64,000 nt of DNA from an uncultured Bacteroidota bacterium (GTDB lineage: Bacteria > CLD3 > SB21 > JBBIRG01), in NCBI GenBank assembly GCA_964609675.1, contig CAZSRX010000008.1:28618-92617 (forward strand). The letters are read 5' to 3'. The position numbers and the translations under genes are program-made. Of the stretch, positions 9,911 through 18,737 are shown piece by piece (position 1 is the stretch's first letter; each line of letters opens with the position of its first letter). A model generated the notes under the pieces. The model worked only from the letters and a program-made list of their open reading frames with translations, did not search any database and had not been told where the DNA came from.

Positions 9911-10756
9911 ATGTCGGCAATTCCTCTGCGGGCTTATATCGGCATCACCCGTCCTGTTAACGTGATAATGACCATGCTTTCGGTCGTTGTAATGATTTAT
10001 ATATCCGTGCACCGCATCGATGACGCCTGGCTGATCCCGGCGTTTCTGGCTGCCGTTTCAGCCGGTTTGATCTGCGCGGGCGCCAATGTCATCAATGATT
10101 ATTACGATGTGGATATTGACCGCATCAACCGGCCCGGCCGGCCCCTGGTTACGGGCATTATCAATAAAAAACAGGCGCTGGCCTACTGGGCACTTCTTTC
10201 GCTCATCGGTGTTTTCCTGAACGCTTTTATCCATATCGTCTGTCTGTCCATCGCCGCGGGAACGGTAGGCATCCTCTGGATATACAGCCGTTGGCTCAAA
10301 CAAACCACTCTGTGGGGCAATCTTACCGTCAGCGCCGTTACCGGGCTGACGTTCCTTTATGCCGGCGCCGCTGTCGGCATCTGGCAACCCGTTGTTTTGC
10401 CCGCTCTCTTTGCCTTTCTGATACATCTGGCGCGGGAAATCCTTAAAGACATTGAGGACGTACCCGGCGACCGCGCCCAGAACGCAAGAACCTTTCCGAT
10501 TGTTTACGGCGAACGCGCTTCGAAACTTTTAGTTACGGCTTCTTTGATGATCTTAATTCTTGCAACTATTCTGGCCTGGATTATGGATTTTTACGGGCAG
10601 CTATTTATTTATATTCTTGCTGGCAGTGTGTATCCCGCTCTGGGATATGTGATGTGGGCCGTCTGGAACACTCAGGCAACGAAACCCTGGCGCCGGTCGG
10701 GCAATGTGCTCAAATTATGCATGGCGTTGGGTTTGGCCGCCATCTACTTTGGTTAA
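9911..10756 (+). CDS. UbiA-superfamily prenyltransferase, geranylgeranylglycerol-phosphate geranylgeranyltransferase (DGGGP synthase)-like
   Basis: ITRPVN start motif, NDYYDVDIDRINRPGRPL, LAREILKDIEDVPGD, multiple TM helices; the ORF-track start 9845 overlaps the terminator region, so ATG 9911 is preferred. Confidence 0.8.
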   Translation: MSAIPLRAYIGITRPVNVIMTMLSVVVMIYISVHRIDDAWLIPAFLAAVSAGLICAGANVINDYYDVDIDRINRPGRPLVTGIINKKQALAYWALLSLIGVFLNAFIHIVCLSIAAGTVGILWIYSRWLKQTTLWGNLTVSAVTGLTFLYAGAAVGIWQPVVLPALFAFLIHLAREILKDIEDVPGDRAQNARTFPIVYGERASKLLVTASLMILILATILAWIMDFYGQLFIYILAGSVYPALGYVMWAVWNTQATKPWRRSGNVLKLCMALGLAAIYFG

Positions 10757-10814
10757 TCCGTCGGATACCGGTTTTTTTAACGGAAAAAAAATATCGGCAA
10801 GAGAATAAAAAATA

Positions 10815-10843
10815 TTGAAACTGCCATTGATTTTTACTAACTT
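10815..10843 (+). promoter_or_regulatory. Putative sigma70-type promoter of the SDR-DGC-acyP-apt cluster
   Basis: TTGAAA - 17 nt - TAACTT. Confidence 0.45.
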
Positions 10844-10879
10844 GAAATGATTTTTTAAAAAGGCGTGTATCGATTGATC

Positions 10880-11578
10880 ATGAATACCGCTCTTGTAACC
10901 GGCGCCAGTGAAGGCATTGGCGCGGCCTTAACGGCGCGGCTGATTGAAAACGATTTTCATGTTTTCGCAATCGCACGTTCCGCGCAGAAGCTGGATAAAC
11001 TGAAACAGTCGCTGAATTCCGGCCGGCTTACCACCGTTTCCTGCGATCTTCGCGATCGCAGCAGGATCGCCGAAGTCATGGCCGGTCTGGCGCAGACGGA
11101 AGTGACTCTGGACATACTGGTAAACAACGCGGGAGTCGGTTATTTCAAGCCGCTGCTTGGTATGCCTTATGATCAATGGAATGAAACGCTGGAGGTGAAT
11201 CTGACCGGGGCGTTTCTGATAACTCAGGCGGCGTACCCTTTGATGCAGCGCAGCGCGAAACCGCACATTTTTAATATTTGCTCGACGGCGAGCAGGAAGG
11301 GCTTTATGAACTGCGGCGCTTACAGCGCATCCAAATTCGGTTTACTGGGCTTTACCGAAGTTCTTAGGGAAGAACTCCGGCCTTCAGGCGTTAAAGTTAC
11401 GGCGGTTATTCCCGGCGCTGTTAATACGGATTTCTGGTCCAAAGCCGGAGGCGCTTTTGACCGCCGCCAAATGCTCAGTCCGGACGCGATAGCCCAGGCG
11501 ATAATAAATGTCTACGGACAGGATATCCATACGACCACGGAAGAAATTATCATCAAACCATCTCACGGCGATTTTTAA
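10880..11578 (+). CDS. Classical short-chain dehydrogenase/reductase
   Basis: TGASEGIG, NNAG, catalytic YSASK. Confidence 0.9.
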   Translation: MNTALVTGASEGIGAALTARLIENDFHVFAIARSAQKLDKLKQSLNSGRLTTVSCDLRDRSRIAEVMAGLAQTEVTLDILVNNAGVGYFKPLLGMPYDQWNETLEVNLTGAFLITQAAYPLMQRSAKPHIFNICSTASRKGFMNCGAYSASKFGLLGFTEVLREELRPSGVKVTAVIPGAVNTDFWSKAGGAFDRRQMLSPDAIAQAIINVYGQDIHTTTEEIIIKPSHGDF

Positions 11579-11596
11579 GGATTAACGAATACCGCT

Positions 11597-12586
11597 ATGA
11601 TCATACCCAAACGCACCGAAGCAACACCTCCGGAAATGGAAGATAAAAAAACCAAGGTACTGGTCGTCGATGACGATGAGGACGGGCTGTATATACTCAA
11701 GCTTCTGCTGACCAAGATGAAATATGAAGTGCACACGGCCAAGGACGGCGAGGAGGCGCTCGAAAAAGCCGAAATGCTGGTGCCGGATATAATCCTGCTC
11801 GACGTCATGATGCCCAAACTCAACGGGTTTGAAGTCTGTAAGCGCGTCAAACAATCACCTGAGGGCATGTATATTCCTATCATCCTGCTCACCGCAAAAA
11901 GCGAACTCACCAGTAAAATTGAAGGTCTGGACTGCGGCGCCGACGAATATCTCACCAAGCCGTACGACATGCACGAGCTCACCGCGCGCATCCGCTCCAT
12001 GCTGCGGATTAAGCTGCTTAATGATTCCCTGCGCAACGCCAACAAGCAACTGGAGGCGCTGTCCATCACCGATGATCTGACCAAATTGTATAATCGGCGC
12101 TATATCAACAAGAAACTGGACGACGAGTTCCGCCGCGCCACGCGTTACAAACATCCGCTGTCCTGCCTGATGTTCGACGCCGATCATTTCAAGAGCGTCA
12201 ATGACACCTACGGGCATGCTTTCGGGGACCTGGTGCTCAAAGACATTGCGGCCATTATTCTTGAAACCGCGCGTGAAGTGGACGTTTGCGGACGCTTCGG
12301 CGGCGAAGAATTCATCGCCATTCTGCCGGATACCGACCTGGACCGGGCGTTCATTGTGGCCGACCGTATCCGAAAGAAAGTCGAATCCCATGAGTTCACC
12401 TTCGACACTACCACGATTCACAAAACCGTCAGTATCGGTATCGCCTCCATTCCCGACGACCTGATCAAAGATGAATTCCAGCTGGTGGAATGGGCGGATA
12501 TCGCGATGTACGCGGCCAAATCCCAGGGACGAAACCGCGTTATCAAATATGTGGATACCGAAGAGTACCGGAAGCACAAAGCATGA
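11597..12586 (+). CDS. Response-regulator diguanylate cyclase (REC-GGDEF)
   Basis: VLVVDDD, ILLDVMMP (phospho-Asp), LTAK; DDLTKLYNRR, DADHFKSVNDTYGHAFGD, RFGGEEF. Confidence 0.92.
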   Translation: MIIPKRTEATPPEMEDKKTKVLVVDDDEDGLYILKLLLTKMKYEVHTAKDGEEALEKAEMLVPDIILLDVMMPKLNGFEVCKRVKQSPEGMYIPIILLTAKSELTSKIEGLDCGADEYLTKPYDMHELTARIRSMLRIKLLNDSLRNANKQLEALSITDDLTKLYNRRYINKKLDDEFRRATRYKHPLSCLMFDADHFKSVNDTYGHAFGDLVLKDIAAIILETAREVDVCGRFGGEEFIAILPDTDLDRAFIVADRIRKKVESHEFTFDTTTIHKTVSIGIASIPDDLIKDEFQLVEWADIAMYAAKSQGRNRVIKYVDTEEYRKHKA

Positions 12587-12858
12587 ACGCCCGGGCTGAA
12601 ATCACCGTACGGGGTATGGTTCAGGGCGTGGGCTACCGCTGGTTCGCCGAACGCAAAGCGCAGGAATTGCGTCTCAGCGGCTGGGTGAAAAATCTGGATA
12701 ACGGCGATGTGTCGGTCACCGCGGAAGGCGACCGCCAAACGATTGAATTATTTATTGAAAAGCTGAAGAAAGGGCCTTCCACCGCCGCTGTGACCGATGT
12801 TTCCGTACGATGGTTGCCCTTTACCGGAGAGTTAACCTGTTTTTATATTGCGCATTGA
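12583..12858 (+). CDS. acyP: Acylphosphatase
   Basis: VRGMVQGVGYRWF, GWVKNLDNGDV, KGP; ATGA overlap with the upstream stop. Confidence 0.92.
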   Translation: MNARAEITVRGMVQGVGYRWFAERKAQELRLSGWVKNLDNGDVSVTAEGDRQTIELFIEKLKKGPSTAAVTDVSVRWLPFTGELTCFYIAH

Positions 12859-12876
12859 AAACGGAGGCGCCAAACT

Positions 12877-13398
12877 ATGGATCTTAAAACCGTTATCCGC
12901 GAAGTGCCGGATTTTCCGAAACCGGGCATCGGGTTTAAAGACATTACGACGCTGCTCGCGCATCCGCCGGCGTTGCATCAGGTTACCGAGGAATTCCTCG
13001 CGCGTTTCCGTGACGCCAAAGTCGACGCAGTGTTAGGCATAGAATCACGGGGTTTTATATTCGGCGCCATTCTCGCTTACCGCCTGAACGCCGCTTTTGT
13101 TCCGGTGCGGAAACCGGGCAAGCTCCCCGCAGCAACCATTTCCGCTTCGTATGATCTGGAATACGGCACGAACGTATTGCATATGCACCAGGACGCCTTG
13201 CGAACCGGTCAGCGCGTACTTATTATTGACGACCTGCTCGCGACCGGCGGCACTCTGCAGGCGGCCTGTTCGCTGGCCGCACAGTTAGGCGCCGTCGTCG
13301 GCGGCATCGGCGTGGTCGTGGAACTGGCATTCCTTAAGGGCCGTCAGAAACTGGCGCCCCACCGCGTGGAATCGCTCGTGGTTTACGAATCCGAATAA
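12877..13398 (+). CDS. apt: Adenine phosphoribosyltransferase
   Basis: VPDFPKPGIGFKDITTLL, GIESRGF, VRKPGKLP, YDLEYG, IIDDLLATGGT. Confidence 0.96.
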   Translation: MDLKTVIREVPDFPKPGIGFKDITTLLAHPPALHQVTEEFLARFRDAKVDAVLGIESRGFIFGAILAYRLNAAFVPVRKPGKLPAATISASYDLEYGTNVLHMHQDALRTGQRVLIIDDLLATGGTLQAACSLAAQLGAVVGGIGVVVELAFLKGRQKLAPHRVESLVVYESE

Positions 13399-13411
13399 AG
13401 GACAACCGATA

Positions 13412-14041
13412 ATGTCTGTCTACGAAGAACGCTTTCCCCCCGAATACTGGTTCAGCTGTTACTCCTACATGGAAACCGCCGTAAAAGGCGCCGCCCAGCC
13501 GATAACCGAAAACAAACGCGCGGTGTACTACGACGTCGAAACCCAGAAAACGGAAAAAGAAGTCGGCGGGTGGGATCATGCGGACCTGATGCTTATTTCC
13601 GTTGCCGTCACCTATTCGGAAGACGACGGCTTCCGGAACTGGACCGAAAAAGAAGTGCCTGCGCTGATGGCCTATTTAACGGAATTTGATTTGATTATTT
13701 CATTTAATGGTGATAACTTTGATTCAAAGGTGCTTTCTCATTACGGCGATATTTCGGAAATACAGAAAAAGTCCTTCGACGTCGCGCAGTATCTGAGCCA
13801 GAGGCTGAAACACCGCATCCGTCTTGACAGCGTTGCAATGGCCACGCTCGGCACCGGTAAAAGCGGCGACGGCCTGCAGGCCATCCAGTGGTTCAGACAG
13901 GGCCGTATTCAGGAATTGCTGGAATACTGCCGGCAGGACGTGCAGGTCCTTAGGGATATAGTGGAATTTGGTAAAGAAAACGGTTATATTATGTATAACG
14001 ATTTTCAAAATAATCCGCTGAAACTTAATGTTGATTGGTAA
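13412..14041 (+). CDS. Stand-alone RNase H-like (DEDD, RNase_H_2/YprB-like) 3'-5' exonuclease domain protein
   Basis: YYDVETQ (ExoI), SFNGDNFD (ExoII), LDSVAMATLG.GKSGDGLQA, EYCRQDV (ExoIII). Confidence 0.75.
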   Translation: MSVYEERFPPEYWFSCYSYMETAVKGAAQPITENKRAVYYDVETQKTEKEVGGWDHADLMLISVAVTYSEDDGFRNWTEKEVPALMAYLTEFDLIISFNGDNFDSKVLSHYGDISEIQKKSFDVAQYLSQRLKHRIRLDSVAMATLGTGKSGDGLQAIQWFRQGRIQELLEYCRQDVQVLRDIVEFGKENGYIMYNDFQNNPLKLNVDW

Positions 14042-14044
14042 CGC

Positions 14045-14629
14045 ATGGCGAACGAACCAGGCAAATTCCTTATTGTCTTACGCACCGGCTCCTCCAAACC
14101 CAGGCCCCAGCATCAATCCTTGCATCTGGCCGGCAAACCCTGGCTCATTGAGTGGAGTACGCATTCCGAAATCCCTATGGCCATTGATTATTTCAACATC
14201 ACGATCGGCCGGTACCTCAAATCCGATACGCTCAATGAAGACGGCACTCCGCAGAAACGCATCGAAGAATACTGGCGTCTGACCGGTATCAGCCCCGGGA
14301 CCCGCAAAATCCAGTACGGCATAAATCCGCCGGAAGCCACATCCACGCCCGCCAAACCATTGGAAGATGGCATTTACGCTATAAAAATCACCGGTATGAC
14401 TATTCTTGCGGTCGGGCTTGAAGTACAAACCGCTATCGGCATTGGCCTTGTGAAAATCGAAACCGCCGGCACGGCAGCCGAAACCGGTTCAGAAATTCCT
14501 GAAGCTGCTGACGTTCCAACCTCTGCCGTTAAACCGGAAGAGACTGCGCATACCCAGGTCGCCGTTACCGGCGAAACTATTACTAAATTACTGAACATAC
14601 TCGATGACGAAGAATCGTCATCCCGGTAA
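14045..14629 (+). CDS. Hypothetical cytoplasmic protein with a beta-rich N-terminal part and an acidic Ala/Thr/Glu low-complexity tail
   Basis: 194-aa ORF starting 3 nt after the exonuclease stop; no recognised motif. Confidence 0.6.
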   Translation: MANEPGKFLIVLRTGSSKPRPQHQSLHLAGKPWLIEWSTHSEIPMAIDYFNITIGRYLKSDTLNEDGTPQKRIEEYWRLTGISPGTRKIQYGINPPEATSTPAKPLEDGIYAIKITGMTILAVGLEVQTAIGIGLVKIETAGTAAETGSEIPEAADVPTSAVKPEETAHTQVAVTGETITKLLNILDDEESSSR

Positions 14630-14703
14630 TTGTTTCATACCGATAAATTATTCCTCCGTTATGATATTGTAGATGACGGGGTGATAAAATTTTTTATAAA
14701 TAT

Positions 14704-14732
14704 TTGATTTTTTATTTATTATGTATTAAATT
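14704..14732 (+). promoter_or_regulatory. Putative sigma70-type promoter of korAB
   Basis: TTGATT - 17 nt - TAAATT, hexamers identical to the rpsP promoter. Confidence 0.55.
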
Positions 14733-14786
14733 AACGCCATCTGTTTTTAATGCATGATAAATTTTCCATGAAAGGAATACCTAACA

Positions 14787-16628
14787 ATGTCTGCACAATC
14801 TATAAAGACGGTTGATGAAGTAACGATACACCTTGCTGGGGACTCGGGTGACGGCATGCAGTTAGTGGGACATGAACTGACCAATATCATGGCCCTGACC
14901 GGAAGCGATGTCGGCACCCTGCCGGATTATCCTTCGGAGATCCGCGCCCCTGCCGGAACGGTAGCCGGAGTCAGCGGGTTCCGGCTTCACGTGGGCAGCG
15001 TTGACGTTCATACACCGGGCGATGAAGTGGACGTATTGCTGGCTATGAACCCCGCTGCGCTTAAAGCTTCGATTAAGGCTCTAAAACCTAACGGTGTCAT
15101 CATAACCAACATGGGCGAATTCGATGAAAAAGGCCTGAAACTGGCCGGCTATGAATCCAATCCGCTGATGGACGGGTCGCTGGACAAATATCAAACCTTT
15201 GCAGTGGATATGAACAAGCTGACCAAAGAAGCCCTCAAATCAACCGGCCTGGACCCGAAGTCGGTGGCGCGTTGTACCAATTTTTTCGCGCTGGGCATGA
15301 CGCTGTGGTTGTTCAATAAAACGCTGGATAACACCATTGAATTTATTAACGAGAAATTCGCCAAGAAACCGCAGATTGCCGAGGCCAACCGGCTTGCTCT
15401 CGAAGCCGGCTACACGTACTGTTCGCATTCCGAATCGTTTGCTTTTAAATATGAGATACCCTCTGCCAAGCTGAAGCCGGGCACTTACCGTAACCTCGTC
15501 GGTAATGAAGCTGTGGCGCTTGGATGCGCGGCGGCCGCCCAAAGATCGGGACTCAATCTGTTTCTTGGCTCGTACCCCATCACGCCGGCTACGGAAATCC
15601 TTCAGGCGTTGTCCAATCTTAAGGAATTCGGCGTAAAAACATTTCAGGCCGAAGACGAGATTGCGGGTATTTGCTCGGCTATCGGCGCCGCTTATGCGGG
15701 CAGTCTTGCCGTCACAAGCACCTCCGGGCCGGGCCTGTGTCTTAAAAGCGAAGCCATCGGCCTGGCCGTAATGACGGAATTGCCGATCGTAATCGTGGAC
15801 GTGCAACGCGCCGGCCCAAGCACCGGGCTGCCCACCAAAACCGAACAGGCCGATTTGCTTCAGTCCATGTGGGGTCGCAACGGCGAATCGCCGGTTGCCA
15901 TATTATCCGCTTCCTGCCCGTCGGACTGCTTTGAATGCGCCTATGAGGCCTGTCGCATCGCCGTCAAATATATGACGCCGGTAATCCTGCTTCTGGACGG
16001 TTATATCGGCAACGGCGCCGAACCATGGAAAATTCCAAACATAAATGACCTTCCGGTGATTACGCCCTACCGGCACCATGATGCGCATACTTTTGAACCC
16101 TATATGCGTCATCCCGAAACGTTAGCCCGCCCGTGGGCGCTTCCCGGAACGAAGGGCTTTGAACACCGCGTCGGCGGCCTCGAGAAAAAGCACATCGTCG
16201 GCAGCGTCAGCCATGATCCCGACAATCACGACTTTATGGTCAAACTGCGGGCGGAAAAAATCAAGAAAATCGAATCCGAAATCCCGCCGACTACCGTGTA
16301 CGGTCCGGAATCCGGAGAACTGCTGGTGCTGGGATGGGGCGGCACTTACGGCGCCATACGTACGGCCGTGGAAACCTGTGAACGTAAAGGACTAAAAGTC
16401 ACACACCTGCATCTACGCTGGATTAATCCGCTGCCGAAAGATCTGCTGCCGGTGCTCAAACGGTTTAAGAAAATCCTGATCCCTGAGATTAATATGGGAC
16501 AACTGTCCCGCATCATACGATCGGAATTTCTGATCGATACCATTAGTTACAACAAAGTCCGCGGCCTGCCGCTCACGGCCAGAGAAATTCAAACCCGGAT
16601 TGAAGAAATTTTAGGAGGCAAACTATGA
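14787..16628 (+). CDS. korA: 2-oxoacid:ferredoxin (acceptor) oxidoreductase alpha subunit with fused gamma domain
   Basis: LAGDSGDGMQL, DYPSEIRAPAG, GSYPITPATE, QAEDEIAG, TSTSGPG, QRAGPSTGLPTKTEQ; substrate specificity not determinable from sequence. Confidence 0.9.
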   Translation: MSAQSIKTVDEVTIHLAGDSGDGMQLVGHELTNIMALTGSDVGTLPDYPSEIRAPAGTVAGVSGFRLHVGSVDVHTPGDEVDVLLAMNPAALKASIKALKPNGVIITNMGEFDEKGLKLAGYESNPLMDGSLDKYQTFAVDMNKLTKEALKSTGLDPKSVARCTNFFALGMTLWLFNKTLDNTIEFINEKFAKKPQIAEANRLALEAGYTYCSHSESFAFKYEIPSAKLKPGTYRNLVGNEAVALGCAAAAQRSGLNLFLGSYPITPATEILQALSNLKEFGVKTFQAEDEIAGICSAIGAAYAGSLAVTSTSGPGLCLKSEAIGLAVMTELPIVIVDVQRAGPSTGLPTKTEQADLLQSMWGRNGESPVAILSASCPSDCFECAYEACRIAVKYMTPVILLLDGYIGNGAEPWKIPNINDLPVITPYRHHDAHTFEPYMRHPETLARPWALPGTKGFEHRVGGLEKKHIVGSVSHDPDNHDFMVKLRAEKIKKIESEIPPTTVYGPESGELLVLGWGGTYGAIRTAVETCERKGLKVTHLHLRWINPLPKDLLPVLKRFKKILIPEINMGQLSRIIRSEFLIDTISYNKVRGLPLTAREIQTRIEEILGGKL

Positions 16629-17656
16629 CCGCTTTAGATCAGATTTCCCACCAGCTTACCAAACGGGACTTCGAATCCGACCAGGAAATCCGTTGGTGCC
16701 CTGGCTGCGGCGACAATTCCATTCTGGCGCAGGTCCAGCGCGTTCTTGCTGAACTCTCTACGGAAAAAGAAAAATACGTCTTCGTGTCCGGCATCGGATG
16801 TTCCAGCCGGTTTCCGTATTATATGAACACCTATGGTTTTCATGGGATTCACGGCCGCGCTATGGCTATCGCCAGCGGGGTTAAAATCTCCAACCCCGAT
16901 CTTCAGGTCTGGGTTGTTACCGGCGACGGGGACGCGCTTGCCATTGGCGGCAATCATTTTATTCACACAATCCGGCGAAATCTGGACATAAAAATTCTTC
17001 TTTTCAATAACCAGATCTACGGATTAACCAAGGGCCAGTACTCACCGACATCCAAAATCGGCCAGGTTACCAAAACCAGCCCCTGGGGCGTGGTGGAATA
17101 TCCTTTCAATCCCGTAGCCGTAGCGCTTGGAGCCGGCGCGAGTTTCGTGGCGCGCACCATCGATCGCGATCCAAAGGGTTTGCAGGATACGCTGCGAGCC
17201 GCCGCGGCCCATAAAGGAACCGCTTTTGTTGAAATATTCCAGAATTGTGTCATTTTCAACGACGGCGCTTTTAACGACCTTTCCAACAAGGAAACCAGAC
17301 CCGATCGCGTCGTTACGCTCGAAGACGGCAAACCCCTCATCTTCGGAAAAAATCAGGATAAAGGCATCAAACTCGACGGGTTCACGCCGGTCATTGTTGA
17401 CCTTAACGATGGTAAACACTCCGTTAGCGATTTATTGGTGCACAACGTAAAGTCTAACGACCCGGTCCTCGCTTTTATCTATGCCCAAATGAGTGAAAAT
17501 CCGGCCCTGCCGACACCGATGGGCGTTTTCCGATCGGTTGAGTGGACTACGTATGAGAAAGATATTGAAAAACAAATTGAAATCGCGCAAAATAAACGCG
17601 GCAAAAAAACGCTGCAGGATCTGTTAAAAACCGGAGATACCTGGACGGTGGAGTAA
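16625..17656 (+). CDS. korB: 2-oxoacid:ferredoxin oxidoreductase beta subunit
   Basis: WCPGCGD, SGIGCSSR, HGIHGR, TGDGD TPP motif, YGLTKGQYSPTS; ATGA overlap. Confidence 0.92.
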   Translation: MTALDQISHQLTKRDFESDQEIRWCPGCGDNSILAQVQRVLAELSTEKEKYVFVSGIGCSSRFPYYMNTYGFHGIHGRAMAIASGVKISNPDLQVWVVTGDGDALAIGGNHFIHTIRRNLDIKILLFNNQIYGLTKGQYSPTSKIGQVTKTSPWGVVEYPFNPVAVALGAGASFVARTIDRDPKGLQDTLRAAAAHKGTAFVEIFQNCVIFNDGAFNDLSNKETRPDRVVTLEDGKPLIFGKNQDKGIKLDGFTPVIVDLNDGKHSVSDLLVHNVKSNDPVLAFIYAQMSENPALPTPMGVFRSVEWTTYEKDIEKQIEIAQNKRGKKTLQDLLKTGDTWTVE

Positions 17657-17690
17657 TTGAAATAATAAACCCAATATCACGGAGAATCTT

Positions 17691-18662
17691 ATGAAAAAAC
17701 TTATGTACTTCCTAACCTTCGGCATGGTATCAGCCATTATGCTGACTTCATGCGGACATCCCTCCTGGATGAAATTTACCGGTGATGAAATCATCAATAT
17801 GGTCGGCCAGGATGGTAACACGTTATGGATCGGCACCAAAAAACACGGCCTGCTCAAGCTGGATCTTAAGACGGAAAAAATCACCTCATTCGATGTTAAT
17901 AATTCCGGCCTTCCCGATAATGACATCACTTATGTCGTAGCCGATAATAAAAACGCCATCTGGATCGGCACGGCCCTGGGACTGACCCGCTGGGACGGCA
18001 AGAAAGACTGGCAGGGATATGATGTTTCAGGGTCCAAAATCCCTTCCAATCAGATAAACAGCGTCGTCTTTGATGCCAAAGGCCTTAAATGGATTGCCAC
18101 CGGTGCGGGGCTCGCTTCATTCGATGACAATGAATTTTCCGTGTTTAAAGTCGATAACTCCGATATTCCCGACGATATCGTGAACGCCATCGCGCTGGAT
18201 AAAACCGGATTAATGTGGGTCGGCACCTATAATGGTCTGGGCTTGTTTGACGGAAAGCAATGGACCAAATTGGACACCAATAAACTAAAGCTTCCTTCAA
18301 AAAACATCAAAGACATTGCCATTGATTCCAAAGGCGTTAAATGGCTGGCTACGGCGCGTGGCGTTGTGTCTTTTGACGGGACTAAAAGTGTGTTATACAC
18401 CACCGCCAACGGATTACCGGACAATCTGATCAAATCCATATGCGTTGACCTTAACGGCAACGTATGGATCGCCACTAACAAAGGCGCCGGTATGTTTGAT
18501 GGAAGCCGATGGACGACTTTCCGCGCGGGAAGCTCCGACCTGCCGATTGACCGCCTGACGATGGTTCGGGCGGACAGCTTCGGCAATGTATGGATCGGCA
18601 CCGAAGGCAAAGGTTTATTCGCCTATAACCCTGACGGCGTCGTGCTTCCTGAAGAAGAATAA
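17691..18662 (+). CDS. Lipoprotein consisting of one 7-bladed Reg_prop-type beta-propeller
   Basis: Lipobox LTS-C; seven D-x-x-G-x-x-W-(I/V/L)-(G/A)-T blades with intervening LP.N.I motifs. Confidence 0.82.
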   Translation: MKKLMYFLTFGMVSAIMLTSCGHPSWMKFTGDEIINMVGQDGNTLWIGTKKHGLLKLDLKTEKITSFDVNNSGLPDNDITYVVADNKNAIWIGTALGLTRWDGKKDWQGYDVSGSKIPSNQINSVVFDAKGLKWIATGAGLASFDDNEFSVFKVDNSDIPDDIVNAIALDKTGLMWVGTYNGLGLFDGKQWTKLDTNKLKLPSKNIKDIAIDSKGVKWLATARGVVSFDGTKSVLYTTANGLPDNLIKSICVDLNGNVWIATNKGAGMFDGSRWTTFRAGSSDLPIDRLTMVRADSFGNVWIGTEGKGLFAYNPDGVVLPEEE

Positions 18663-18682
18663 TCAAGCGCCATTTTATTTAT

Positions 18683-18720
18683 AAAAAAAGCCGTTGAGAG
18701 TCAGTCAACGGCTTTTTTTT
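18683..18720. terminator. Bidirectional Rho-independent terminator between the propeller gene and glnA
   Basis: A-tract, AGCCGTTGA-loop-TCAACGGCT, T-tract between convergent genes. Confidence 0.9.
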
Positions 18721-18737
18721 GTCAATAGGTACGCCGG

